A stretch of DNA of 64,000 nt. Source: an uncultured bacterium. GTDB taxonomy: Bacteria > Patescibacteriota > Minisyncoccia > Phycocordibacterales > GWA1-40-21. The translations under genes were made by a program, and so were the position numbers. Below are positions 1 through 8,145 of this stretch, piece by piece (positions within the stretch are counted from its first letter, which is position 1; the number at the start of each line of letters is the position of its first letter). Below the pieces are notes generated by a model. That model did not search any database. It was not told the DNA's origin and saw nothing but the letters and a program-made list of their open reading frames with translations. Where the stretch lies: assembly GCA_963798465.1 (NCBI GenBank), contig CAWCTC010000001.1:260315-324314 (forward strand), read 5' to 3'.

Positions 1-81
1 GTAATATTGGTAGAGAAAAAGTTAGCCACCAGTATTTTATTAGATATTTCATAAGAATATTGTATCATTTGTTAGAGTATA

Positions 82-126
82 AACAATATAAAGGGCGGCC
101 GCTTTGCGGCCGCCCTTTATATTGTT
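82..126. terminator. GC-rich stem-loop terminator 3' of rplT (bidirectional)
   Basis: Perfect 20-nt inverted repeat AACAATATAAAGGGCGGCCG / CGGCCGCCCTTTATATTGTT around a 5-nt centre. A/T runs on both sides, 15 nt beyond the rplT stop. Confidence 0.7.
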
Positions 127-140
127 TTAATTAATTTTTC

Positions 141-485
141 TTATTTAGCCTGAGCCATTATTCTCTTGAAAGTTTCTGGATTTGTCTGAGCGATAGATGA
201 AAGCATTTTTCTATCTATTTCTATTTTATTTTTCTTTAAAGCTCCGATGAATTTGCTGTATGTTGAACCGTTTTCTCTGAGTATCGCGTTGATTCTTACA
301 TTCCACAATCTTCTGAAATCTCCTTTTTTGTCTCTTCTGTGCGCGAAAGCGTTTGCTCCTGCATGCATAATCGCTTCAATAGCTGAAGCTTCTTTGCTTC
401 TTCTGTTCAAACGAAAGCCTTTGACTTGTTTAAGGACATTTCTTCTTGTTTTTGTTTTTAGTACGCCTCTCTTAACTCTTGTCAT
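141..485 (-). CDS. rplT: 50S ribosomal protein L20 (bL20)
   Basis: 114-aa ORF MTRVKRGV..KTRRNVLKQVKGF..RRLWNVRINA matches the conserved bL20 sequence. Canonical infC-rpmI-rplT order. Confidence 0.97.
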   Translation of the reverse strand: MTRVKRGVLKTKTRRNVLKQVKGFRLNRRSKEASAIEAIMHAGANAFAHRRDKKGDFRRLWNVRINAILRENGSTYSKFIGALKKNKIEIDRKMLSSIAQTNPETFKRIMAQAK

Positions 486-517
486 TGTATTTTGGTATTA
501 GTCTTTTAAAATGAAAC

Positions 518-715
518 TTATTTAAACATTCCTCCGAGGAATCTTGATTTTGCCTTGTTGCTGAAATGAACCTGCATCGTTCTTTTTTTATTTTGCTTTT
601 TACTTCCGCTTTCTTTTGCATTGAAATGGTTCTGGCCGGCTTTTCTGCCGATGATTTTTCCATTTTTGGTGACTTTCAATCTTTTCGTAAATGATTTGTT
701 TGTTTTTGTCGACAT
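518..715 (-). CDS. rpmI: 50S ribosomal protein L35 (bL35)
   Basis: 65-aa Lys-rich ORF MSTKTNKSFTKRLKVTKNGKI.. lying between infC and rplT. Confidence 0.93.
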   Translation of the reverse strand: MSTKTNKSFTKRLKVTKNGKIIGRKAGQNHFNAKESGSKKQNKKRTMQVHFSNKAKSRFLGGMFK

Positions 716-742
716 ATATTTATATTATTTATATTTTCTGAA

Positions 743-1258
743 TTATTTTTTTGCTTTTTCTATGGTTATTGTCAGTCCTTTCGGTCCTCTTTGAGGAGCT
801 TCAGCGACTTTGTATTCTTCCGTAATAAGTTTCAAAAGTCTTTCTAATCTTTCATTGAGGAAATTTTTATCTAAGTATTTCGCTCTTCCTGAAAGAAATA
901 GGAGAAGTCTCACTCTATGGCCTTCCGAGAGCCACTCTGAAGCTTTTGCAGCTTTCATAATGAGATCGTGCTCGTCCGTCGCTATTTTGACCTGAATACT
1001 CTTTATATCTATGTTTTGAATCTTAGATTTTGAGTCTTTCTGTTTCTTCTTTTCAGTGTACTGAAATTTACCATAATCCATTATTTTTGCAATAGGAGGA
1101 ACGGCATTTGGCGATATTTCTATCAAGTCCAGACCCATTTCTTCCGCTTTTTTCAAGGCATCACTTGCAGATAATATTCCGAGATTTTGTCCATCTTCAG
1201 TGATGACGCGAAGCTCAGGAACTCTTATTTGATGATTTATTCTTACTCTTATATTCAA
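743..1258 (-). CDS. infC: Translation initiation factor IF-3
   Basis: 171 aa with IF-3 N and C domains (IRVPELRVI..DG..LGI; GLDLIEISPNAVPPIAKIMDYGKF). The ORF opens with TTG (reverse complement of caa 1256-1258), in line with the non-ATG starts known for infC. Confidence 0.95.
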   Translation of the reverse strand: MNIRVRINHQIRVPELRVITEDGQNLGILSASDALKKAEEMGLDLIEISPNAVPPIAKIMDYGKFQYTEKKKQKDSKSKIQNIDIKSIQVKIATDEHDLIMKAAKASEWLSEGHRVRLLLFLSGRAKYLDKNFLNERLERLLKLITEEYKVAEAPQRGPKGLTITIEKAKK

Positions 1259-1397
1259 AGTATTGTATTTTAAATAATTTACCCGATTAAACTTTTCATT
1301 TAGCCTAATTTAAACTTAATATATAGAAACCATGATAACAAATATTTATGTTAACTGACTTTCTTACAAAAGTTTGACGGGTGATTATGAAAGCTAT

Positions 1398-2021
1398 TTA
1401 TAGCATATTTTCCTTTTCATGGCAACAGATTATTTCAGAGAACATGAAGCAGATCGAGCCGAGAATTATTCCGGCAATGACATCTGAAGTCCAGTGAACC
1501 GAAAGATAAATCCTGCTGAAAGCTACGAGCGGAAATACTATTGAAGTCGTCCAGATGAATATTGTTTTTGAAAAACTTTTTTTCATATTTGGAGCCAGCA
1601 ATAATATTGAAGACAGAAGGAAAACTGTAGCTATGGTGGCATGATCGCTTGGAAAACTAAAACCCTGTTCTACAAGATGTATGCTTTCCGGGCGAATTCT
1701 TTGCACGAAAAATTTTACTGTTTCCGGAAGTAGGATTCCCAAAGAGGTCGCGACTGTGAAAATATAAAAATAAAATTTATCCTTTAAAAACAGAAATAAT
1801 CCGAAAATCAGGAAAATTGCGAAACCTTCGTATGGGTTGCATACTTTTGTAATTGAAAGCATCAAATCTGAAATGGAAGGGGACTGATGATTTGCGAAAA
1901 AGTTTCTAATGACAATATCCAGATGAAGGACAAAGTAATTTGCATTTGCGACGAGAAAAGCGATTGTCAGAAATAACAGTATCAATATGCTCAAAATAAT
2001 TGCTTTGGTTTTTGTTTTCAT
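1398..2021 (-). CDS. PAP2-family membrane phosphatase (undecaprenyl-diphosphatase/PgpB-like)
   Basis: 207 aa, multi-TM. Carries the PAP2 motifs KFFVQRIRP (KX6RP), PSDH and SRIYLSVHWTSD (SRX5HX3D). Confidence 0.85.
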   Translation of the reverse strand: MKTKTKAIILSILILLFLTIAFLVANANYFVLHLDIVIRNFFANHQSPSISDLMLSITKVCNPYEGFAIFLIFGLFLFLKDKFYFYIFTVATSLGILLPETVKFFVQRIRPESIHLVEQGFSFPSDHATIATVFLLSSILLLAPNMKKSFSKTIFIWTTSIVFPLVAFSRIYLSVHWTSDVIAGIILGSICFMFSEIICCHEKENML

Positions 2022-2054
2022 TGCATTTTATTTTAGCATATAAAATCTTAGATT

Positions 2055-2572
2055 TTCCCCGATGCTCTGCATCGGTCCACATGCTATAGTTGGCTAATGC
2101 AACATATACGTAAGAAGCACAACGTTTCTCTAATCATTTACCACCTAGTTTGTCCATCGAAGTATAGAAGAGAAATTTTTTCTGAAGGGGTTTCAACCAC
2201 TCTCAAACAGACTTGTTTGGAATTGGGTAATAGATATGAAATCAATTTTCTAGAAATTGGTACAGATGATAACCATGTACACTTTCTAATACAGGCAATT
2301 CCAAACATGTCTGTGACTAGTATTGTAAAAATAATCAAAAGTATTACAGCAAAGCAAATATACAAATATCACCCCGAAGTAAAAAAATTTCTCTGGGGCG
2401 GAAACATTTGGACTGCGGGTTATTATGTAAATACGGTAGGACAATATGGAGATTTGAAAATGATACAGAACTATGTAAAAAAACAAGGATTATCAAACTA
2501 CAAACAATTACACATACAACTTCCATATTGTCCGCATGACGAATACCTCGTCAGCTCTGCTGCGAGGTAGTT
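2055..2572 (+). mobile_element. IS200/IS605-family insertion sequence (tnpA only)
   Basis: A Y1 transposase gene is bracketed by subterminal hairpins sharing a TCT loop. Left hairpin CCGATGC-TCT-GCATCGG (2059-2075); right hairpin ACCTCGTCAGC-TCT-GCTGCGAGGT (2545-2568, one bulge). No long terminal inverted repeats, as expected for this family. Confidence 0.75.
2097..2570 (+). CDS. tnpA: IS200/IS605-family Y1 (HUH) transposase TnpA
   Basis: 157 aa. HUH motif HVHFL and the catalytic-Tyr region WTAGYYVNTVG. Confidence 0.9.
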   Translation: MQHIRKKHNVSLIIYHLVCPSKYRREIFSEGVSTTLKQTCLELGNRYEINFLEIGTDDNHVHFLIQAIPNMSVTSIVKIIKSITAKQIYKYHPEVKKFLWGGNIWTAGYYVNTVGQYGDLKMIQNYVKKQGLSNYKQLHIQLPYCPHDEYLVSSAAR

Positions 2573-2645
2573 TATTTTAAAGAAACATGACAAAGAAAAA
2601 CCCGGAAGCAAAAACTTCTGGGTTTTTAATTTTCTCTGAGCTTTC

Positions 2646-2882
2646 CTATCTGCGCCAGTGCCTGTACTGTCCGTAATTTCTCACAGTATATCTGCAATTA
2701 TGAATATAATGCGGATAACTGTTGTAATAGTAATTTTCGGGCAAGTACACGGGCGCCTGTTCCTCGACAATCACACTATTTTCATTTTCATAAGCGCTGT
2801 CGGGGACAACGAGAAGAAAAGAACATCCTGTCGCCAAAAAGGCTAAGACAAACGCAAACAAGAGAAACATTATTTTTTTCAT
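2646..2882 (-). CDS. Small putative lipoprotein, unknown function
   Basis: 78 aa. Signal peptide with lipobox LATGC, Tyr/Asn-rich mature part. A hairpin at 2596-2626 follows the stop. Confidence 0.55.
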   Translation of the reverse strand: MKKIMFLLFAFVLAFLATGCSFLLVVPDSAYENENSVIVEEQAPVYLPENYYYNSYPHYIHNCRYTVRNYGQYRHWRR

Positions 2883-2972
2883 GTTTTTCCCTCCTTTTTT
2901 TGAACTTTGTATTTCTGAATATAAGAGTATAGGAAGGGGAAATGGTTGTCAATCTGAATATTAATACAATTT

Positions 2973-2999
2973 AAAAACCACCTAAAAAGGTGGTTTTTA
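2973..2999. terminator. Stem-loop AAAAACCACC-N6-GGTGGTTTTT
   Basis: 10-nt inverted repeat with A/T runs in a non-coding stretch. May mark the left edge of the accessory region. Confidence 0.45.
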
Positions 3000-3262
3000 A
3001 AATGTGGACATAAGGCGTAAAACACTAAGTCAGCTAAAAGACTACCTCTTAAGGTTTTGGAACTACTATAATTCGAGTATAAATCTACAAAAAGCCCTTG
3101 AAAATGGCTGATATTTTGATCTAGAAAGGTACACAAATAGGGTATTTAATGGTTATTATTGGCTATAAAATGCTAAATTTGACATAAAAATGTCTAAAAA
3201 TAGACTTGACATATAATTTCACATAGACTATACTCTAATTATAACAATAATTTGTTAAAATT

Positions 3263-4498
3263 ATGATAACAAAAACAAGAGTTGGTAATTATTATTCTAT
3301 AGGTAAGGAGATAGAGTTAGAGTTTTTAAAAGGTGGTTCAAAAAAAGAGGACGGGTATTTTCTCTACAAAAATAATGAGAAAGTATCATTAATAAATGGT
3401 TTTTTTGGAGCAAATGCAAGTGGAAAAACTAATTTACTGAGATCAATGGTTGGTCTTATTAGGATAATGTATACGGCATATTCTCCACAGGGTATTTATC
3501 CTATGCAGGGTGTTGTTGGAGAAGTTAAGTTGTGCGAGCCAAATGCACATAAAGATTTTAAAGATAAGCCTACAAAATTGGGAGCCGATTTTTTGTTTGG
3601 TAATAATTACTATACTTATAATTTGGAAATTAAAAATGGGAACGATATAGCAAAAGAAGAGCTTTATCTCACCACTCTTAATGTGAAATCTGCAAAGCCA
3701 AAGATGGTTTTTAACCGAGTAAATTCAGTTATTACTTTTGGCCCTGAGTATAAAGAATATGAAACATATTCGATGAACATAACAATTCAAAAACACCAGA
3801 CATTTATTTCCCACCTGATTAATTTGGGAGCGAAGTTGGTTGGCGATTTCATTAACAATAGAAACTCGTTCTTTCTAAAGAATGATGGGACTGATTCAAT
3901 GCTACCGCCACAAATCGCTGTTTTAACTAGAGCTTTTGCTTTGAATTCTCTTGATAAAGAGAAAAAAGATGAATTCTTAAAAACAACCAAAGATATTATG
4001 AGCTGTTTTGATGATTCTATTGATGATTTGAAAGTTAATACTGAAAATAATAGTATATCTATTAAAGTTGCACATAAAAACTTCTTAAAGACTATTGATA
4101 TACAGCAAGAGTCAGCAGGAACAAGAGAATTATTTTGTTATATCTATGACATATTAAGTACTATTAAAAAAGGAGGTGTTGTAGTATACGATGAAATAAA
4201 TAGATATTATCATCCAGATGTAGAAGTTGCTCTAATTTCAATTTTCAAAAATCCAGAATTTAACACAAAAAATGCACAGTTATTTTTTGCTTCACATAAC
4301 CATGAGACTTTTGATTTGTTGGAGTTAGATCAGGCGTATATTATAGAAAAAATAGACTCATGTTCTTCCGTATATAAATTATCAGAAATTGAAAATTTAA
4401 AGAAAAGAGATAGTTTAAAGAAAAAATACAGGCTTGGTATGCTTGGAGGGGTTCCTGATGCAACGACTCTCGATTATAAACTTAAGCAACTCCTATAA
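3263..4498 (+). CDS. AAA_21/ABC-like ATPase, AbiLi/RloA-type (defence-associated)
   Basis: 411 aa. Walker A GANASGKT, Walker B-like VVVYDEI, FASHNHE near the C-terminus. The stop overlaps the next start (TAATG). Confidence 0.75.
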   Translation: MITKTRVGNYYSIGKEIELEFLKGGSKKEDGYFLYKNNEKVSLINGFFGANASGKTNLLRSMVGLIRIMYTAYSPQGIYPMQGVVGEVKLCEPNAHKDFKDKPTKLGADFLFGNNYYTYNLEIKNGNDIAKEELYLTTLNVKSAKPKMVFNRVNSVITFGPEYKEYETYSMNITIQKHQTFISHLINLGAKLVGDFINNRNSFFLKNDGTDSMLPPQIAVLTRAFALNSLDKEKKDEFLKTTKDIMSCFDDSIDDLKVNTENNSISIKVAHKNFLKTIDIQQESAGTRELFCYIYDILSTIKKGGVVVYDEINRYYHPDVEVALISIFKNPEFNTKNAQLFFASHNHETFDLLELDQAYIIEKIDSCSSVYKLSEIENLKKRDSLKKKYRLGMLGGVPDATTLDYKLKQLL

Positions 4499-5034
4499 TG
4501 AGTCGATTGGCAATACATAAACAAAGAGACACAGTAATCACTTTCTGTGAGGGAGAAGCGGAACTACAACTTTTTGCTTTTTTGAAAAGCCAATACTCAA
4601 ATAAAAAAGTAACTTTTAAAGCAATTAATCTTAAGGGTGTTGCCGATCTAATTTCCTTTAAGAGGAAATATAATAAACAGATGAAGAGTCAGGGTCTTAA
4701 ACCCAAGAAAGATTTTGCTAATGTTAGGTATTTATTTATCATTGATAATGATTTGATAGATTCAGACAAAATAATAGCCTTTTTGAAGACATCAGGACAT
4801 CTAGTTCAGGAGCTTGAACCAAATGCGGAAGGTTTGATGTTAGGTCTAGCAGGACAAAGTCAGGGAAATAACCTTAAAACAGATGTATTTAGAAAAAAGT
4901 GTAAAGAAAATTTCAAAAATCAATTTAATTGCGATGCGCATCAATTAAAAGAATCGAAATTTAAAGAGATCTTTAATAGCGAAACTATTTTAAAGAATAA
5001 ATTACCTGTTCTACACAGTTTATTCAAAGCATGA
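4498..5034 (+). CDS. RloB/AbiLii-like (Toprim-type) protein, partner of the ATPase
   Basis: 178 aa. N-terminal VITFCEGEAELQLF resembles the RloB ...CEGExTE..YF motif, and LFIIDNDLID supplies a DxD-type acidic motif. Translationally coupled to the upstream ATPase. Confidence 0.6.
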   Translation: MSRLAIHKQRDTVITFCEGEAELQLFAFLKSQYSNKKVTFKAINLKGVADLISFKRKYNKQMKSQGLKPKKDFANVRYLFIIDNDLIDSDKIIAFLKTSGHLVQELEPNAEGLMLGLAGQSQGNNLKTDVFRKKCKENFKNQFNCDAHQLKESKFKEIFNSETILKNKLPVLHSLFKA

Positions 5035-5105
5035 TTTGTGCTCATCGTTATCATTATTTCAGGTTACTAAAAATGCCATTGATTTAGTAAAAGTAAACGA
5101 ACTTA

Positions 5106-5786
5106 ATGAAGTACCATCATAAAAAAATGAATATGATATGTTTTGACAAGGCTGAATTAAGAGCTATTTTTGAAGCACCTTCCAGGAAACAGTTGAGAGA
5201 AACTGTATTGAAAGACGGACATATGCCGATAGAGCTTCTTCTTGATGAAACAAAAATGCGAGAAATTGCTGAAAAGATTAAAATTATTAATGATAAAGAG
5301 GAAAATGAAATTTTCTGTGCATTGTACGTGTTTCCCGAGTTTTACAAAAAGGAAAGCAAAATTTGTTTTCTATTGAAAGATGGTATCGATCCCCGAAAAG
5401 AGCAAATTGATTCTCTGAAAAAATTAAAGATTTCTTTAAAAGAAAATGATTTGACCGATTTCTTGCTCTGGCATGATGATGGCGTTAGGGCTTATCAATT
5501 AAAATCATATAGAGGAAAAACTGAGATTAACGACTTTTTGAAATTTCTTGAAGAAAAATTATTGCACTACAGCAATGATCTTGGAGAGACTAATCTATTG
5601 ATTAATTTACAATCTGAAGGTGATCTGACGGGTGATTTTTTTCAAGATGTTCATGAAAAATTAAAAAAACTTAAAGTAAGAGGTACGGGTCACGTTATTA
5701 TTTCATATAACGAAGAAAATAAGTTTGATGTAATGGTTACCGTATATCCAATCCTTGGAACAACTAGAATTCCACAAAAATCATGA
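5106..5786 (+). CDS. Hypothetical protein (226 aa), coupled to the downstream HEPN-motif protein
   Basis: Long ORF with no motif I can assign. Its stop overlaps the next start (ATGA at 5783-5786). An 8-bp hairpin TTACTAAA..TTTAGTAA lies upstream at 5064-5090. Confidence 0.6.
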   Translation: MKYHHKKMNMICFDKAELRAIFEAPSRKQLRETVLKDGHMPIELLLDETKMREIAEKIKIINDKEENEIFCALYVFPEFYKKESKICFLLKDGIDPRKEQIDSLKKLKISLKENDLTDFLLWHDDGVRAYQLKSYRGKTEINDFLKFLEEKLLHYSNDLGETNLLINLQSEGDLTGDFFQDVHEKLKKLKVRGTGHVIISYNEENKFDVMVTVYPILGTTRIPQKS

Positions 5787-7573
5787 TTAGAAAAGAATTA
5801 AAAGATTATCTTGATCAGCTAGAAACTGAAATTAAACCAATTGAGGAATTCAATCTTGGAGAAAAGATTTCAGAAATTCTAGATACAAAAAATGTAAAGA
5901 TTACTGACAAGGAGGAATTAGCCGAATATATTGCTTTTGAGTTTTTGGCTGATTATTCAAATAAAGAAAGTGGTTGGGGTACTTATTATGGCCCTATGAT
6001 GGTTTGGAAAACGAAAGAGAGCGGTTTCATTGAATTTCCGAGTATTAAACAGGTTGATAAAGAAACTTTAGTTTATTGGGAAAAAAGAGCAGGTGAATGC
6101 AAACACCCAATTTTAATATATCGCTATGCTGACTTAGTTTTTGATTTTGGACCAAAAGTTCTTAATAAAGGGATTGATTTTAAGATAGCGCAAAAAGTTA
6201 TAGATTCTGGAATAGAAGTTTGTACCGCTGGTTTAGATGATGGTTTAGGGTGTAAATCAAAACTCGAACGCTGTTTGCGTTTAGCGGTTCAAATTAATGA
6301 TAGTGTAAGAATAGAAAAACTAAAGACAGTTATTATTGAAACTGAGATTAAATATGCGGAAGATGATAAACCTGGTCTCTGGGGTTATGCATTTCAATGG
6401 TTAGTTTTTGATAAGACTGGAAAGATAATTTTATCTGATATTGAAAAAACAAAATTATTAAATGATCTCGAGGATCGTCTAAAGAGATTGATGGCAATGG
6501 ACACCATAGATTCTTGGCGTGTTGAGTGTGCGGTCAAATTACTTGCACCATATTACTCAATGAATCACGACGAAATTAATCTTAAAAGAGTCCTAGATGA
6601 CCTTGAATCTTCATATAGAAAAGATACATATGCTAATTCTGATGGAATGTTAATTAGTAATTACCTTGAGAAATTTATTGATATATATCTGGATTATTCT
6701 GCTTTCGAGTTTGCAAAAAAGGCACGTGAAAGGATAGTAAACGAATTGAGTAATCTGGGTGAACGTGGTAAGTTTGCGATGCAAGAAATTTCTACAGAAG
6801 TAACAATTAAGAATGAAGATGTTGATAAATTTATCAAAACTATATTTGGTGAAAATGATTCTAGTGTGTTAGAAAAAGTTATAGCAAGAATTGTAACTCA
6901 GTTTATTCCTCGTAAAAAAGCGGTAGAGACACAACTTAATAATTTAGCTAAGGATCATCCACTTACGTATTTAGTTAGTCATACTTTGTCTTCTGAAGAT
7001 GGCTACCCGATTACTAAATTTGGTTCAATTGATGAAGATTATGACAAACATTTGTTAGAGAATTTTTCCCATAACCTTCATTATCAAACCATGTTTTTAA
7101 AGGTTGTATCGGATAAGTTTTCGAAGACATATACACCAGAACAAATCACTGAATATATTCTTCTGTCCCCAGTTTTTAGAATTGAAGACAAAGAATATAT
7201 TTTAAAAATATTTAAATCACTTTCAGAAAAAGATTATTTAACTGTGTGTTGTTTAAGTATCCCACTAATTGAAGATTCGGTTAGAAATCTTTACCGTATT
7301 AATAATCAGACATATATTAAAGCAAATAATTTTGATGGCTATGATGTTATGAATCTAGATACACTTTTAGGAAGAGGTCTTATAAGAAATATTTTTCAGA
7401 CAATGGGTGATGATGTAGAATATTATTTGAAAGTATTATTAACTGAGAGAATCGGTTGGAATTTAAGAAACAATTTTGCTCACGGAATTAATAAAAAATT
7501 ATTTATGGATGAATCTGTAGCAGATCGTCTGGTCCATGTATTATTTTGTCTTTCTATGATTAGAAAAAAATAA
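5783..7573 (+). CDS. Large hypothetical protein with C-terminal Rx4H HEPN-type motif (DUF4209-like layout)
   Basis: 596 aa. The C-terminal ..ERIGWNLRNNFAHGINKK..ADRLVHVLFCL contains R-N-N-F-A-H (Rx4H). The rest is unassignable by eye. Confidence 0.6.
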   Translation: MIRKELKDYLDQLETEIKPIEEFNLGEKISEILDTKNVKITDKEELAEYIAFEFLADYSNKESGWGTYYGPMMVWKTKESGFIEFPSIKQVDKETLVYWEKRAGECKHPILIYRYADLVFDFGPKVLNKGIDFKIAQKVIDSGIEVCTAGLDDGLGCKSKLERCLRLAVQINDSVRIEKLKTVIIETEIKYAEDDKPGLWGYAFQWLVFDKTGKIILSDIEKTKLLNDLEDRLKRLMAMDTIDSWRVECAVKLLAPYYSMNHDEINLKRVLDDLESSYRKDTYANSDGMLISNYLEKFIDIYLDYSAFEFAKKARERIVNELSNLGERGKFAMQEISTEVTIKNEDVDKFIKTIFGENDSSVLEKVIARIVTQFIPRKKAVETQLNNLAKDHPLTYLVSHTLSSEDGYPITKFGSIDEDYDKHLLENFSHNLHYQTMFLKVVSDKFSKTYTPEQITEYILLSPVFRIEDKEYILKIFKSLSEKDYLTVCCLSIPLIEDSVRNLYRINNQTYIKANNFDGYDVMNLDTLLGRGLIRNIFQTMGDDVEYYLKVLLTERIGWNLRNNFAHGINKKLFMDESVADRLVHVLFCLSMIRKK

Positions 7574-7616
7574 TCATAGTACACATAGGGTTGGCTAAAT
7601 CAGAAGAAGTTAATTT

Positions 7617-7812
7617 TTTACATTATATTTTTATATGATATAATACTGGTACAACTGAATAAGAAAGTAATCTAAACTAGTAAGTAATTACTGGCATGAT
7701 GAAAAGAAAGTCGTATAAGGCATAAAAAACCCATCATGGGGTCGCCTTATACGCTATATCGGGAAACTGGTATAAGTGGCTTCGGCCACTACCCGTGATG
7801 GGCTTTTTGTTT
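7617..7812 (+). promoter_or_regulatory. Promoter plus structured leader or small RNA with alternative pairings and a terminator-like end
   Basis: TTTACA (7617-7622), 16-nt spacer, then TGaTATAAT (7636-7644). Downstream, CGTATAAGGC (7712-7721) and GTATAAG (7771-7777) can each pair with GCCTTATACG (7744-7753). There is a GTGGC-TTCG-GCCAC hairpin (7778-7791). CCCATCATGGG (7730-7740) can pair with CCCGTGATGGG (7793-7803), which is followed by CTTTTTGTTT. Confidence 0.4.
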
Positions 7813-7858
7813 ATAAAAACTCATCATAGGTAATTATCAGTTTTAATAAACAAAAAGT

Positions 7859-8101
7859 ATGAAAGATTCTATTTGTACAACGTGTGGTTATGTAGGAAAG
7901 CCAATCAAGCTTGTTAAGGGGAGTTTTGCTATCGAGTTGTTTCTTTGGCTCTGTTTCTTTGTTCCAGGCTTTATTTACTCTATTTGGAGATTAACAAGCA
8001 AGATAGATGTTTGCCCTAAGTGTAAAAATCCCAACATGATCCCCATTGACTCTCCTGTGGGACAAAAGCTTGTTGGAGAACACCAACATCCCAAGGCTTA
8101 A
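7859..8101 (+). CDS. LITAF-like zinc-ribbon membrane protein
   Basis: 80 aa. CTTC knuckle, a hydrophobic helix (AIELFLWLCFFVPGFIYSIW), then a CPKC knuckle. This is the split zinc ribbon with embedded membrane segment typical of LITAF/SIMPLE-like domains. Confidence 0.55.
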   Translation: MKDSICTTCGYVGKPIKLVKGSFAIELFLWLCFFVPGFIYSIWRLTSKIDVCPKCKNPNMIPIDSPVGQKLVGEHQHPKA

Positions 8102-8145
8102 TAGGGTACTTGCATAAATTATACATATATGTATAATTCTCTATT

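Noticed and set aside
247-501. Plus-strand and alternative-frame ORFs overlapping rplT, rpmI and infC (247-501, 472-663, 810-995).
   Set aside because: They overlap highly conserved ribosomal and IF-3 genes on the other strand or in another frame, with no features of their own.
1278-1300. AAAAGTTTAATCGGGTAAAT upstream of infC could be a further copy of the GIY-YIG cassette right arm.
   Set aside because: There is only a partial, one-sided resemblance, no matching left arm, and it lies 20 nt from the start. That is too weak to count as a copy.
2879-3136. An 85-aa minus-strand ORF in the gap left of the island.
   Set aside because: It has no motif and an odd composition. It spans a hairpin and promoter-like AT-rich sequence, so it is probably non-coding.
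2571-3262. A direct repeat of the tmRNA 3' end (for example GGCGGAATCGAACC) marking the left island border.
   Set aside because: I searched by eye and found none, so the left boundary is left open rather than asserted.
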